Below are positions 37,392 through 48,315 of a DNA stretch of 64,000 bases, piece after piece. A model generated the notes under the pieces. The model did not search any database. It saw only the letters and a list, made by a program, of their open reading frames with translations, and had not been told where the DNA came from. Made by a program: the position numbers and the translations under genes. The DNA comes from a bacterium (lineage in GTDB: Bacteria > UBP15 > UBA6099): assembly GCA_029564595.1 (NCBI GenBank), contig JAKQPS010000018.1:10159-74158 (forward strand), written 5' to 3'. Position 1 is the stretch's first letter. Each line of letters starts with the position of its first letter.

Positions 37392-40327
37392 TCTTAAAAG
37401 AAATTAAAGCTTCGAATTTCATGAGGTTCGAGAACTTCGCTCTCGGCGGCATGCCGGACACCGGAGTGGTGGGAATATTCGGCGACAACGAGTGCGGCAA
37501 GTCTTCCATCGGCGAACTGATATGCTTCTGCCTGTTCGGACGCACCCCCAAGGCCCCGGAGGGCGACCCCAAAAAAATCATCAGGTGGGGACAGGACACC
37601 TGCTCGACCGAAATCACAGTGACCATCAACGGAACCACCGTCAAGGCGTCCCGACGGCTCTCCGCCGACGGCTCCACCGACGGCCGCATGATCGACACCT
37701 CGGACAACTCCCCTATCGCCACTTCATTCGACGAAATCGAACCGAAAGTCAACGAACTGCTCGGTTTCACTTTCCGCGAATTCAGATACTCGATGTTCAT
37801 CGCGCAGAAAGAACTGGACATCATGCTCCACAGCGCTGACGACAGGCGGCTGGTGCTGAACAACATGCTCGGCGTCGGTTTTATGGAGAAGATGGCTAAG
37901 AAGGTGGCCGCGAAACGCTCCGACAGAGAGCTTGAAATCAAATATATACGCGAACGATTCGAAGAGAAGAACGAAGTCCTCGATGTGTACCGCGCGCGCG
38001 AGATGGACATGGAGCGGCTGACTGAGAAAAGGGACAAAGCCGCCGCCTCCCTCACCGACATCCTCAAAGAAAGAGACCGCGCGGTCTCCACTCTTTCCAT
38101 GCTGGAAGACATCCGCAGGAAGGCCGAGCAGACGGAAGTGCTCGACATGCGGATAAAGAGCCGCCGGGAGCAACTCAAGAGGATAGAGCTTGAATGCGCC
38201 GCGCTTATGCGGGAAGCCGACCGCGTCCCCGCTATGCAGAAAGAATCGTTGGAAAAAGAGGCTCTCATCGCCGAATTTAAAGATGTCCGGCTGGTCGAAA
38301 TAGAAGAACTTTTCAAAAAGATAGACGACTGGCGCGACATGGCGGCAAAGCGCGATCAGGTAAGCTCACAACTCGAACTTAAAGAGGCCGCCCTCTCGGA
38401 CATCTCCCGCAAACTCGCTGAAATCAAAGCCGCCGAACAGGAAGGCCGCGAGTCCGAGGCCGAGCTTCTCGGCGTCGAAAATTTCCTCCGCGCCTACTCC
38501 GATCCCGACAGTCTCAGCCGCATGCGCTCTCAGCTTATGAAAGACATCGAGTTCCTCGAAAACGAGTTGGAGCGCGTCAAAACCTCGTCCGTCCACGACG
38601 CCGACAAATCCGCCCAGTTGATAGACACTCTTGAAAAACAGCGCGACAGGATGAACAGGCAGATGTCAGCGGCTAACGTCGAAGAGATTGACCCGCTGAG
38701 CGTGGACAGGATGCGCAACGCCGAACTGAAACAGACTAGGTCGAGAGACATTTCCCTCGGAGCCGCGGGAGCTTCTCTCGCCGCCGGCGTGGCTTTGACT
38801 CTTGCAATGTCCAATACCACCATGCTCGTCGTCATGCTTGGAATGATTCCAGCGGCCGCAGCCGCAGCTTCTTTTCAGTCAAAACTTGCCCTCACGCGCC
38901 AAACTCTTCAGGACTTGCAGAGAAAGACCTACGCGTATGAAATAACTCGTCGCGGCGTCTCCGAAATGAGCGAAACACTCGACGACATCGAAACCCGTCT
39001 CTCCAAGATGAAATCGGACAGCGCATCGGCGGAAAAGATATCAAATGTGTTCTCTCTATTGCGGACGGACAGCTTCGAGTCGTTGAAAAAATCCATCGAA
39101 GTTCTGGACGAACACGGGCTGCGGGAGTTCGAGCGCGCTCGCGGCCTTATGAAAGACATCATCGAGAAGTTTTCCCCTCTCCGCGCTATGGCGGGAGAAG
39201 GAAAGACATTCGTTCAGATAGCGAATATCGAGTCTTCGGATTTGCTGTCCGACAAACAACGCAGAGAATCCGACCTTAAAGCGAGACTCTCCGAGTTGAA
39301 AGATATTGTGGAACCGAAGATGCGCTTCATTGAGCAGTCCGAGGGGCTGCTGAACACTATCGGCGACATACGCGCCCAGATAGCCAGAATCGAATCGGGC
39401 ATGATCGGTCTCGGAGTCACAGCCGACGACGAGCCGGAAGCGCGCCGCAGGAAACGCGAGACGGAAATCCAACTCGAACAACTTGCACGCGAAATTGAAA
39501 ACAACAACGTCGAAATCCAACGCATTGAGGCTCAGAAATTCGAGTCAGTCAGATTGGATAAAAAACGCCGCGAGATTATCGACCATATAGACGAAGATCT
39601 GATAAAGTTCTACGAACTGCGCGAGAACACGCACAAGATAGACTGCTCAGACAGGCGTTTCGCCGAACTGACATCTGAGCGCGAGGAAGCGGAAAGACAA
39701 TCGCTGGAAGCGCGCGCGCAGATAAAGGAAATCGAGGCGGAAATGGGCGTCGTAAAAACCGACCTCGACCGCGTTTCCCCTCTCGTCGATGAAATCAACG
39801 CCATTGCCGCCGAACTGAACTCGAAGGAAACTGTCATTCTGAAACTCAGGGAGCTTGAGAGCCTGTTCATTCAGACCGGACTCGACATAAGAAAGAGGAT
39901 GATACCCCAGATAGAATCATATTTCGGGTGGGCGTTGCCCAAGATGACGCGCGGAAGATACTGCAAAGTGCGCATCGCCGAAGACTTCAACATAAGCGTG
40001 TTCTCGGACGAAAGCGGCGGCTACGTGGAACTGGACTCTCTCAGCGGCGGGACGGTAGACCAGTTGCTTATTTCGCTCAGGCTCGCCTTCGCCCGAGCCG
40101 CCATCGCTCATTCCGGAGACTCCAGCCAGTTCCTTTTCCTCGACGAACCTTTCAGTTCCTTCGACGAACCCAGACGCGAGCTGTTCCTTAAACTTCTTGA
40201 AACCCTTAAAGGAACTTTCCAGCAGATTTTCCTTATCTCCCACCTGCCCGACTTGGAGGACTTCGTAGACCATTACATCCGGGTGGACCTCTCATCCTCG
40301 CAGCCGGTCATCGTCAGTTGGGCGTGA
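37388..40327 (+). CDS. SbcC/Rad50-like SMC ATPase with central hydrophobic hairpin
   Basis: Walker A GDNECGKSS, Q-loop FIAQ, long coiled coil, LSGG signature, FLDEPFSSFD, ISH. Confidence 0.88.
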   Translation: MILKEIKASNFMRFENFALGGMPDTGVVGIFGDNECGKSSIGELICFCLFGRTPKAPEGDPKKIIRWGQDTCSTEITVTINGTTVKASRRLSADGSTDGRMIDTSDNSPIATSFDEIEPKVNELLGFTFREFRYSMFIAQKELDIMLHSADDRRLVLNNMLGVGFMEKMAKKVAAKRSDRELEIKYIRERFEEKNEVLDVYRAREMDMERLTEKRDKAAASLTDILKERDRAVSTLSMLEDIRRKAEQTEVLDMRIKSRREQLKRIELECAALMREADRVPAMQKESLEKEALIAEFKDVRLVEIEELFKKIDDWRDMAAKRDQVSSQLELKEAALSDISRKLAEIKAAEQEGRESEAELLGVENFLRAYSDPDSLSRMRSQLMKDIEFLENELERVKTSSVHDADKSAQLIDTLEKQRDRMNRQMSAANVEEIDPLSVDRMRNAELKQTRSRDISLGAAGASLAAGVALTLAMSNTTMLVVMLGMIPAAAAAASFQSKLALTRQTLQDLQRKTYAYEITRRGVSEMSETLDDIETRLSKMKSDSASAEKISNVFSLLRTDSFESLKKSIEVLDEHGLREFERARGLMKDIIEKFSPLRAMAGEGKTFVQIANIESSDLLSDKQRRESDLKARLSELKDIVEPKMRFIEQSEGLLNTIGDIRAQIARIESGMIGLGVTADDEPEARRRKRETEIQLEQLAREIENNNVEIQRIEAQKFESVRLDKKRREIIDHIDEDLIKFYELRENTHKIDCSDRRFAELTSEREEAERQSLEARAQIKEIEAEMGVVKTDLDRVSPLVDEINAIAAELNSKETVILKLRELESLFIQTGLDIRKRMIPQIESYFGWALPKMTRGRYCKVRIAEDFNISVFSDESGGYVELDSLSGGTVDQLLISLRLAFARAAIAHSGDSSQFLFLDEPFSSFDEPRRELFLKLLETLKGTFQQIFLISHLPDLEDFVDHYIRVDLSSSQPVIVSWA

Positions 40328-40398
40328 AACAACCTCTTCAGAGACGTTTTATGAATATTTGCCGCGCGCGATACGATTACTGAAAGCGTTTCATAAAT

Positions 40399-41871
40399 AT
40401 GAGCGATTCCAAAGCTGAAAAAATAATCAGAATAACATCAATCATATTCGCGGCCCTGTTGCTCGCAGGAGCCGCTCTTTACCTTTTCGTTTTCGTCAAC
40501 TTTTTCAAGAACGACGCGGTCTTAAGCGGCGGAGAGGACATAGTTCTCTACTGCTCCCGGCTGCTCGCCGGCGGCTATCAGATATATCATTCCAGTCCGG
40601 CCATCGATGCGCCTTTCTGTTACCCTATGTACCCTCCCGTTCACTATTACATCCTTGTTTTCGCTCACAAGCTGTTCGGCGATTCGCTTATAGTCGGTCG
40701 GCTGGTTTGTTTTTCGTTTGTCTTCGTTACCGCCGCTATGATTGGAATGATAGCGAATATCAGAAGCGGCAACAGGCTCGCGGGGCTTGCCGCTGCCGGC
40801 ATCTTTCTTTTCTTCCATCCGATTTTGGTATGGTCGGGACAGAACCGGGTGGATATCACCGCTCTCATGTTCGCGGTTGCGGGCGCGCTATGGTATTTCA
40901 AATTTGAAAAATCAAGATTCGCTTATCTGTTCAGCGCCGTGTTCTTCGCGCTGGCCGTTTACTCGAAACAGACTATGCTAGCGTGTTTCGCCGCGCTTGT
41001 TCTTTCCCTTTTGTTCTCGAACGCGAAAAGAGCCGTCGCTCTCGCCGCGACGTGGTCCGCTCTATCTCTTGCCGCCTTCTTATTGCTGAACTCGATTACC
41101 GACGGCGGATTCTATTTCCAGATGTTCGGGATGCATCAAGCCCCGATGTTGCCGGACCGCGCCTATGCTCTGCTTAAAATGATACTGTCGGACGGCATGT
41201 TTTTGGTTTTTACCGCATTGGCGCTGCTGACGTCTGCGACGCGCGGCAAACTCAAGTTTGAAACCGCCTTCGCTCTGGTTTCGTGGATATCCGCCTCGGC
41301 CGCCCTCTCTTACTACGGGTCTTCCGTGAACTATATGTTCGAAACATGCGCCGCATTATCCTTAGGCGCAGGCTGCGCAGTCGCCGGTTTCCGCGAAAAC
41401 AAAGTGGCCAAAGCGATTGTTCTCGTCCTCGCCGTCGCGGCCCTTTCCCAGAGCGTTTTCGTCAACTTGCGGGAAATAAAAAATATCGCGATCGTCAATC
41501 CGAGACGGATTGAGCATGTCCGAGACTTGAAAACGGCTGCTGACAAGTTGAAATCCAGATACTCTTCTGAGAACATGTTGCTTTACGACACAATGGAGCC
41601 GGCTCTCGAACTCAACTGGGATGTGAGGATGAACTACGTTGAATATTCAAAGATCGGCGGGGTAGACGATGACATCCTGATGCGTATGATAAGAAATAAA
41701 CAGTGGGATGCGGTGGTCATGTCGTACGACATTGAGAAAGCCGTCGACACCTATCCGGTGGCCTTCCCTAAGTTTGCCAGAGAGCAACTGGAAGCCATCG
41801 ACGACAATTACGTCGTCGACCCGGATTTCAAAAGCAACCAGAAGTCTTTCACTTTGTTTGTCCCAAGATAA
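40399..41871 (+). CDS. Multi-pass membrane protein, GT-C glycosyltransferase (family 39/ArnT)-like
   Basis: YPP, GRL, RVD, KQT motifs among many TM helices. Confidence 0.65.
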   Translation: MSDSKAEKIIRITSIIFAALLLAGAALYLFVFVNFFKNDAVLSGGEDIVLYCSRLLAGGYQIYHSSPAIDAPFCYPMYPPVHYYILVFAHKLFGDSLIVGRLVCFSFVFVTAAMIGMIANIRSGNRLAGLAAAGIFLFFHPILVWSGQNRVDITALMFAVAGALWYFKFEKSRFAYLFSAVFFALAVYSKQTMLACFAALVLSLLFSNAKRAVALAATWSALSLAAFLLLNSITDGGFYFQMFGMHQAPMLPDRAYALLKMILSDGMFLVFTALALLTSATRGKLKFETAFALVSWISASAALSYYGSSVNYMFETCAALSLGAGCAVAGFRENKVAKAIVLVLAVAALSQSVFVNLREIKNIAIVNPRRIEHVRDLKTAADKLKSRYSSENMLLYDTMEPALELNWDVRMNYVEYSKIGGVDDDILMRMIRNKQWDAVVMSYDIEKAVDTYPVAFPKFAREQLEAIDDNYVVDPDFKSNQKSFTLFVPR

Positions 41872-41963
41872 CGATATCCGCGAAAACATAATCCGGATTA
41901 CGCGGGAAACAAAATTAGGTTATAATTGCGCGCGGACGATTATTCGGCCGGAGAGCGTTTTCT

Positions 41964-42749
41964 ATGACGATGCTTCATGACATAACGACGGAGGGAACGT
42001 CTTTTCAGAGGCGGGCTCTTTTCGTGTTCGCAAAATTCGTCGAACTGCCTCTTCTGAGATGCTCGTATCAGTTGTTGCGCGGCAGATGGAAATGGCTCGG
42101 TTCAAAACCGCTGTTCAAAAGAATCATGGGAGTCGTTTTGGCGAGGCCGCTGGCGCTGTACGGCGATTCGGCTAGACCCGTCCCTTATAAAGAAATCGTC
42201 GAACATATAAACAGGCTCGACGGCGCCATCGCCGTCGGCGCTTGCCGATGCAGAATCTCCCACCACTCTTGCCCTCATCCCTTAGACACGGATATCGTGA
42301 TACGGACCGGGACGGAGGCGTGGCTAAAGGCGTTTCCGCGCGAGTACAGAGTGATTGATAAACAGGAAGCCTTGAACATTGTGGGCAGATGCCATGAGCT
42401 TGGGATGTTCCACATGTTGTTTTTTCATTTCCCTTCGCATGGAAAAGCCGAATACGTCATCTGCAACTGTTGCGAATGCGGGTGCGTGCCGTACATAATC
42501 AACCGGGAATTGGGACAGGATTATTTTCCGCTTCTGCGCGGGCACAGCGTCGCGGTCACAATCGACGATAAATGCGACGGCAGCGGAGAATGCGTGGCCG
42601 CCTGCCCCTTCGGACAAAGAGAAATCATCAACGGAAAAGGCGCAACGCTGGACTGTTTCGGCTGCGGGCTGTGCGCGGCGGCTTGCCCCGCCAACGCAAT
42701 ACGAATGAACCATACGGAGCATGACTGCCATGAACATCCTCATCAATGA
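41964..42749 (+). CDS. 4Fe-4S ferredoxin-domain protein
   Basis: CRCR, ICNCCECGC, CDGSGECVAACP, CFGCGLCAAACP. Confidence 0.85.
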   Translation: MTMLHDITTEGTSFQRRALFVFAKFVELPLLRCSYQLLRGRWKWLGSKPLFKRIMGVVLARPLALYGDSARPVPYKEIVEHINRLDGAIAVGACRCRISHHSCPHPLDTDIVIRTGTEAWLKAFPREYRVIDKQEALNIVGRCHELGMFHMLFFHFPSHGKAEYVICNCCECGCVPYIINRELGQDYFPLLRGHSVAVTIDDKCDGSGECVAACPFGQREIINGKGATLDCFGCGLCAAACPANAIRMNHTEHDCHEHPHQ

Positions 42750-43518
42750 AAAAAAATCCGAACCTGTCGCGGCGGGCATTAAGACGAACCCCGGCGCGGA
42801 CTGCCGTTGGCCGGACTCTGAAAGATATTCCGGCATCTCTTTTTGCGACGCTGTCAGAGCGGCTACCGAAGGCGATGGCAAGGCGTTTACCCTAGACTCC
42901 GAATCGATAACCGTTTGCAGGTGGTCAAAGGTGGTTCTCGGATTCAAGGAGCCTGACCCGGCGCTCGACCTTAAAGTGCAGCATAACCTTCCTTTCGGAA
43001 CTGAATCTATACTTATCGCTCCGATATCCATGTTCGACGCGGAATGCCCTCCGGACACGGTTCTGATAAGAACGACGCCCGCCAAAATTAAAAAAATCAT
43101 AAAGCTGGCCGGGGAATCCTCTCTGGCGGACGAACACGCGGACGATCTCAGCAAGTCCGCGCTCGCGGTGCTGTCGAAAAGCGGAAACTCCATCGAAAAA
43201 ACCCGCGTCGAACTCGTCAACGGCGCTCTGGCGCGCCTCAACTCCCTCGAACAATGGCGCGACTTCACTAAATGGATTTTTAAACATCAGTTGACCACTT
43301 ATGTTTTCGATCTTCTTCTCGATAAATATCTCGCCAATATGTCCATGTGCAGGAATTCGACCGTCATGCCTTTTCTGTCAGGAAAACTGAATGTCTCTTA
43401 CTTCTGCACCGGGGGCATAGCTTGGGGCATGAACAGCCCCGACCACATGACATGCGGAATGCCTTATGAGATTTACGCGAGAATTGCGCCCCTTATTGCG
43501 GACGGCCCGCGAAGTTGA
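42721..43518 (+). CDS. DUF169-like protein
   Basis: SFC, C..SKVVLG, IAP...PDTV, SMC...P..SGKLNVSYFCTG. Confidence 0.6.
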   Translation: MTAMNILINEKKSEPVAAGIKTNPGADCRWPDSERYSGISFCDAVRAATEGDGKAFTLDSESITVCRWSKVVLGFKEPDPALDLKVQHNLPFGTESILIAPISMFDAECPPDTVLIRTTPAKIKKIIKLAGESSLADEHADDLSKSALAVLSKSGNSIEKTRVELVNGALARLNSLEQWRDFTKWIFKHQLTTYVFDLLLDKYLANMSMCRNSTVMPFLSGKLNVSYFCTGGIAWGMNSPDHMTCGMPYEIYARIAPLIADGPRS

Positions 43519-43685
43519 ATTGAAGTTTTCACCAAAGGTTTTGAATTGCCTTTAACCGGCATCCTTGCCATTAGGGGTTTATTGATATGTCAATTTGTGT
43601 ATAATTATAACTTGTTTTATATATATATTTGAATGGAAACAATTGAATTGCGCAGAGAAAAACTGACCGGGAGTTTTTTACGCGG

Positions 43686-46600
43686 ATGACATTTGAAAGA
43701 TCACGCATCCGTGCCGCGCGCATATTTGCGATAGTGACTGCGCTTTTTTTCGCGACTGTTATGTCCGTAGCAAGCTCAGCGTCAGCGGCTACGTCTGCTG
43801 ACACCCCTCAGATAAAACCACAGATATTCCACGACGCCGCGCCGCAAAACCCTCAGTCCGATGAACTATTAAAAATCATCGACGACATACTTAAAAAAGA
43901 AGAAGAAAAAGGCAAGGTGAAGCCTCCGGAATTCGACGACGTGATAGACAGCCTGATATATCAATTGGAAAACGCCATCCCTGAAAGAGCGGAGGATTCG
44001 GCGGCTGTTAAGACAGCAGAAGAAAAACCGACTCCGCCGCCCGCCCCGCCGGCTCCGGCGATGCCTAAAATTCAGGAACTATTGGATAAGCTGGACAAGG
44101 TGGGTGGCATCGAAACCGATCAATCCCCTACTGAAGAAGCCGAACCTGAAAAAGAAAAAGAAGCGGTCGCGCCGGAGATTATGGCCGAAAAGAGCGCGCC
44201 CCGCATCGAGCCTGAAAAACCAGTTCCCGCCGCAGCCCCTGCGGAATTGCCTGTGGCGGAAAAAGAGGAAAAGAAAGCGGCGACGCCCAAACCCGCGCCG
44301 GTTAAGCCAACCGAAGCCCCAAAAGCTTCCGAACAGTCGAAACCTTCACAACAGCCTGCAACAGCGGCTCCTGCCCCAGTGAAATCTGCCGAAAAAAAGG
44401 ATCAGACAATCTCTCCGCGCAGAGAACAGGCGGCAAAACGAGCTAAGACAGCAAAGCCCCCTGCCCCTGCCGCTCCTGCATCGAAAACGGAAACGCCTCA
44501 AAAAGAGAAAACCAAACCTGTCGAGAAGAAACCTGAAGAAAAGACGCCGCCGCCTGCTGAACAAGTCCCAAAACAGAAACCGCAGACCGCTTCCGGTACA
44601 ACTGAAAAAACCGAGGCTTCGCAAACGACATCAAGCGCAGCCGCCCCGCCCGCTTCAGAACAGAGCGAAATAGACCGGCTTCTTCTTCGTCTGGAAAACT
44701 CCGCCGATGGAACAACGAAGGAAGAAATCAAAAAAGAAGAAACTGCTCCCCGCGCGCCGGAGAGAAAAAAACGCTCTCTCACAGTTCCTTCGACCATAAT
44801 GTCATTCCCGGAAAGAGAGACGGTTGCGCCCGCCGCAGAGCCTGAGAAAACGGATAAAAAAAAAGAAAAATTGAAACGAAGCTCTGAGACGAAAAAGGCT
44901 GAACCGCCCGCCGCAACCGCCTCGCCGCCCGCCGTTTCTCCGCCCGCCGCGCCTGCCCCAAGGCCGTCGTCTCTGGTTTATCCCTCTGAACAGCCTGCCG
45001 CGCCCGCCACCGAACAAAAAAAAGATCAACCTGAAAAAGCAGCCGACAAGAAGACGAAAGTAGAACTTTCCGGATATAGGTATCTGAAATACAGAGCTTA
45101 CGAGTCTTCGGGAGCCTCTCAGGAATTCATGTCTAGAGAAGGTTTGCGCAACGCCGGAGAGCGCATCGAACAGGGAACAGACATGACGGTGACAGCCTCT
45201 GTCGGAGACGACCTGAAAGTGACAGGGAAATTTTATGAGATGCCGCGCGAAGACAGGGACATGACATTCGACATTCTGCGAGGGCATTATGGGTTGACAT
45301 ACGGCAATGTCTCGGTGTCGCTGGACGGTGGCGAGTTCGCTGGCGTTTCAAAGAGCGCGGACGGCATCGGCCTTACATATGAAGACAGCAGAACAGACGT
45401 TACCGCTCTGATGTCAAAATCGAAAAGCCAGTCGGGCGTCGTAAGTTTCATGGGGCGCAACATCAAGGGGCCTTACGACCTGAACGCGCGAGACATAGTC
45501 GGCGGCTCGGTGAGCGTGACCGTCAACGACGAGGCCGCCCCCGCGTCGGATTACGTTCTGGACGTCTTTCAGGGAACGATAACATTCAACAGGATTCTTA
45601 GCCCTGTGGACAAAGTGACTATTTCGTACGAAAAGAAGCTGACCGGAGGATTCAACGCGGGAGGACTTACCGGAATCGCCGCGAACAGAAAATCGGCAAA
45701 CGGCAAATTCGCATACGGACTGACCCACGTGGTTCAACAGGCCAATCGTCAGGCGCGAAAACTCACCGAGAGCGTTTCACTGGAAACGCCCGTTCTGATA
45801 ATCGACGGCGGCAACTATTTCCTTCAGGTCCAGAACAGGTTTGTCGTCCGCAGCGACGCGACCAACGGAACGGAAACAATCATAAAGAACAACAACGTCA
45901 CGCTCCAGCCTAACATCGATTACAACTGGCTGGCGCAGCCGGGCATCGGCGCGCACGATATCGAAAGGTTTTACGCGCAGGGAAGATTTCTGCTGCGGAC
46001 GCCTCCCGACCCGGCGGACACTTTCGCCGTCAGCTATTCCTATTACACAGAAAACACTTCGATACAGGAAACTATCAGAGAGCCGCTTGCGCTTGATGAA
46101 ACCGGTTCGAGAGGATTTCCCGAAAAATTCACTATCTACTCCGGCTCCGAAAACATTTACGTCTGCTCGGACATCGACCTCAACATCTGCCCTATCCTGC
46201 TTTCGCCCGGAGCAGACTATGTGGTTCAAGAGAGGCTGAACAGGATAGATTTTCTGATACCGAGGAACGCCGCCGACGAATACATCAGGGCGGACTACTG
46301 GAGCTATCCCGACATCGGCTCTCTGGAGACCGACTACGACCACGTAGTGAACGACATCCGGCTGAAGTATCAGCCCAACAGCGACATAACCATAGAGTAT
46401 GAGATGGCGACCAGCCTTGCCGACGTTTCCAGCAGGCCGATATCAGTGACCAGCCAAACTGTGAAAGTCATCGAGGCGGACCTCGATTGCCGCCTGCCGT
46501 CGAACGCGAAGGACTGCGTCTTCCCGCTCGGAAAGCCCGACATCGTCGCGAACACGGTTGTGCTGTACCTGAACGACACGGTGTCGCAGGAGTCCGTGCT

Positions 46601-48125
46601 GAAGCGAGGCTCTGACTACACCGTGGACAGCGTCAGAGGAGAGATCGCCCCTGCGATATTCCTTCCCGCGGGCACGACCATAATCGCCGACTACCAGTTC
46701 AACCCGGAAAGCCCGGACGAGCTTTCGAGGGGATACAAGCAGCGGATAGCCGGAGCATGGAAACGGGCCGGCACGGATTTCAAGTTCAGCCTCAACTCAG
46801 GCGACACCTACTACACTCCCATAGGCGGCGCGTCCGATTTCGAGGTCGGCAAACTCTCCATGTCGCTGTCGCATAAAATCGGCGATACGTTGACGTTCAG
46901 CGCCGACCGGCTGAACGTTGACACCGCGCTCGACCTCGCCGACTCCAACAGGCGCTCAAGCGTCCAGACGCGGTTCTCTCTGGCAGGCTCGCTGGGATTC
47001 GTCTCCAACTTCAATCTCGGCTACCAAACGCGGGAGACTACAGACGACCTTTCCCCGGCCCAGACTGACGACAGCGACGACAAGCTCAACCTCACTATGG
47101 CGATGCCCCTGCCGTGGCTCAAAAACGCGGACATGACTCTCGGATACCAGACCGGCGAATACAGCAACAACGTTACCGGAGCCGGAAACACGAACCAAAG
47201 CAACACAATCGGCATTAACTACAAGCCAACGTCCAAACTGGCCCTGACCACCATGTTCGTCGTCAACAAGCTGGATTCGGAGAGCGAGACCCTGACATTT
47301 TCCTCTATGAACCGCTCGCGGAAAATCGGAGTCAAATGGACGCCGTCCACTATGCTGACGCTGACGGCGGACTTGGACACGCAGCAGACGAGCGATTCGC
47401 GGCCCACTGTGGCTGACAGGGAAATAAACAGCTCGCGGCTCATGCTTTCCACCGCTCCGTTCGGAAACGTCAAATCGGTTGTGATATCTTATTCGCAACA
47501 GGACACGCCGAGCGCGACAGGCCCTTCGACGGGGAGCAAAACGACCACTTTCACCACCGGATACCTTATCAACAAAGCCCTGACTTTCACTCCCGCTTTC
47601 GCTTTCACGGACTCCTACTCAGGAGACACATCCTCCACGAGCAGCCAGACACAGAACTACAAGCTCGACTTCAGACCTCCCGGAAAAACATATCACGCGG
47701 CGATCATGCGCAACCAGACGACTTCGGATGTGACCTCTGCGAGCGGAACCAACTCCTCCGAAAACTCCGGATGGAATCTGGCTCTGGGCTACGACCCCAG
47801 CAAATTTTGGAATTATTCCGTGAATCTTAAAATGGATTCCACAAGCTCCGGTTCGGCGTCCGATTTTGAGACATTCTCTTTTTCGGGCCGGGCGATGAAC
47901 AAGCCCAAGGAAGGCCGCGCCAGATGGCTCAACCTTCAACACACCTCAAGGTCAGGCTCAATTGGCGACACCGCTAGAATCCTCGAACTCGGCTCGGAAA
48001 GCAAGCTGTCTGAACTGATATCAATGAACTTCTCATACAAAATGTCGCAGCATTCAAGTTCAAGCAGAGAAGACAGCAATTACACCGGCCACATCATTGA
48101 AACAACTCTAAAAGCAAACTTCTAA
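43686..48125 (+). CDS. Very large exported protein: Pro/Ala/Lys/Glu-rich disordered N-terminus and predicted outer-membrane beta-barrel region
   Basis: Signal peptide; ~440 aa low-complexity region; repeated DYxxDxxxGxI modules; alternating beta-strand pattern ending in C-terminal Phe (KANF). Confidence 0.65.
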   Translation: MTFERSRIRAARIFAIVTALFFATVMSVASSASAATSADTPQIKPQIFHDAAPQNPQSDELLKIIDDILKKEEEKGKVKPPEFDDVIDSLIYQLENAIPERAEDSAAVKTAEEKPTPPPAPPAPAMPKIQELLDKLDKVGGIETDQSPTEEAEPEKEKEAVAPEIMAEKSAPRIEPEKPVPAAAPAELPVAEKEEKKAATPKPAPVKPTEAPKASEQSKPSQQPATAAPAPVKSAEKKDQTISPRREQAAKRAKTAKPPAPAAPASKTETPQKEKTKPVEKKPEEKTPPPAEQVPKQKPQTASGTTEKTEASQTTSSAAAPPASEQSEIDRLLLRLENSADGTTKEEIKKEETAPRAPERKKRSLTVPSTIMSFPERETVAPAAEPEKTDKKKEKLKRSSETKKAEPPAATASPPAVSPPAAPAPRPSSLVYPSEQPAAPATEQKKDQPEKAADKKTKVELSGYRYLKYRAYESSGASQEFMSREGLRNAGERIEQGTDMTVTASVGDDLKVTGKFYEMPREDRDMTFDILRGHYGLTYGNVSVSLDGGEFAGVSKSADGIGLTYEDSRTDVTALMSKSKSQSGVVSFMGRNIKGPYDLNARDIVGGSVSVTVNDEAAPASDYVLDVFQGTITFNRILSPVDKVTISYEKKLTGGFNAGGLTGIAANRKSANGKFAYGLTHVVQQANRQARKLTESVSLETPVLIIDGGNYFLQVQNRFVVRSDATNGTETIIKNNNVTLQPNIDYNWLAQPGIGAHDIERFYAQGRFLLRTPPDPADTFAVSYSYYTENTSIQETIREPLALDETGSRGFPEKFTIYSGSENIYVCSDIDLNICPILLSPGADYVVQERLNRIDFLIPRNAADEYIRADYWSYPDIGSLETDYDHVVNDIRLKYQPNSDITIEYEMATSLADVSSRPISVTSQTVKVIEADLDCRLPSNAKDCVFPLGKPDIVANTVVLYLNDTVSQESVLKRGSDYTVDSVRGEIAPAIFLPAGTTIIADYQFNPESPDELSRGYKQRIAGAWKRAGTDFKFSLNSGDTYYTPIGGASDFEVGKLSMSLSHKIGDTLTFSADRLNVDTALDLADSNRRSSVQTRFSLAGSLGFVSNFNLGYQTRETTDDLSPAQTDDSDDKLNLTMAMPLPWLKNADMTLGYQTGEYSNNVTGAGNTNQSNTIGINYKPTSKLALTTMFVVNKLDSESETLTFSSMNRSRKIGVKWTPSTMLTLTADLDTQQTSDSRPTVADREINSSRLMLSTAPFGNVKSVVISYSQQDTPSATGPSTGSKTTTFTTGYLINKALTFTPAFAFTDSYSGDTSSTSSQTQNYKLDFRPPGKTYHAAIMRNQTTSDVTSASGTNSSENSGWNLALGYDPSKFWNYSVNLKMDSTSSGSASDFETFSFSGRAMNKPKEGRARWLNLQHTSRSGSIGDTARILELGSESKLSELISMNFSYKMSQHSSSSREDSNYTGHIIETTLKANF

Positions 48126-48163
48126 ACCAAATTTTTAACGAGAATAATCCGGAAAATAGGATT

Positions 48164-48290
48164 TATTCCATCGTTACCAAGGTCTCCTTGGTAACGGATT
48201 GACCGAAAGCTCCGCTTTCTCGTTTTCCTTTATATCTGCGTTGCCAAGGAGACCTTGGCAACGATGAGCGAGAGACCCTAGCAACGATGA
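48164..48290. repeat. 127-bp REP-doublet/MITE-like element, copy 1
   Basis: Identical to 48409-48535; internal inverted palindromes CATCGTTACCAAGGTCTCCTTGGTAACG / CGTTGCCAAGGAGACCTTGGCAACGATG. Confidence 0.9.
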
Positions 48291-48315
48291 GTGATGTTTG
48301 ATCGTTGTTTGAGAG

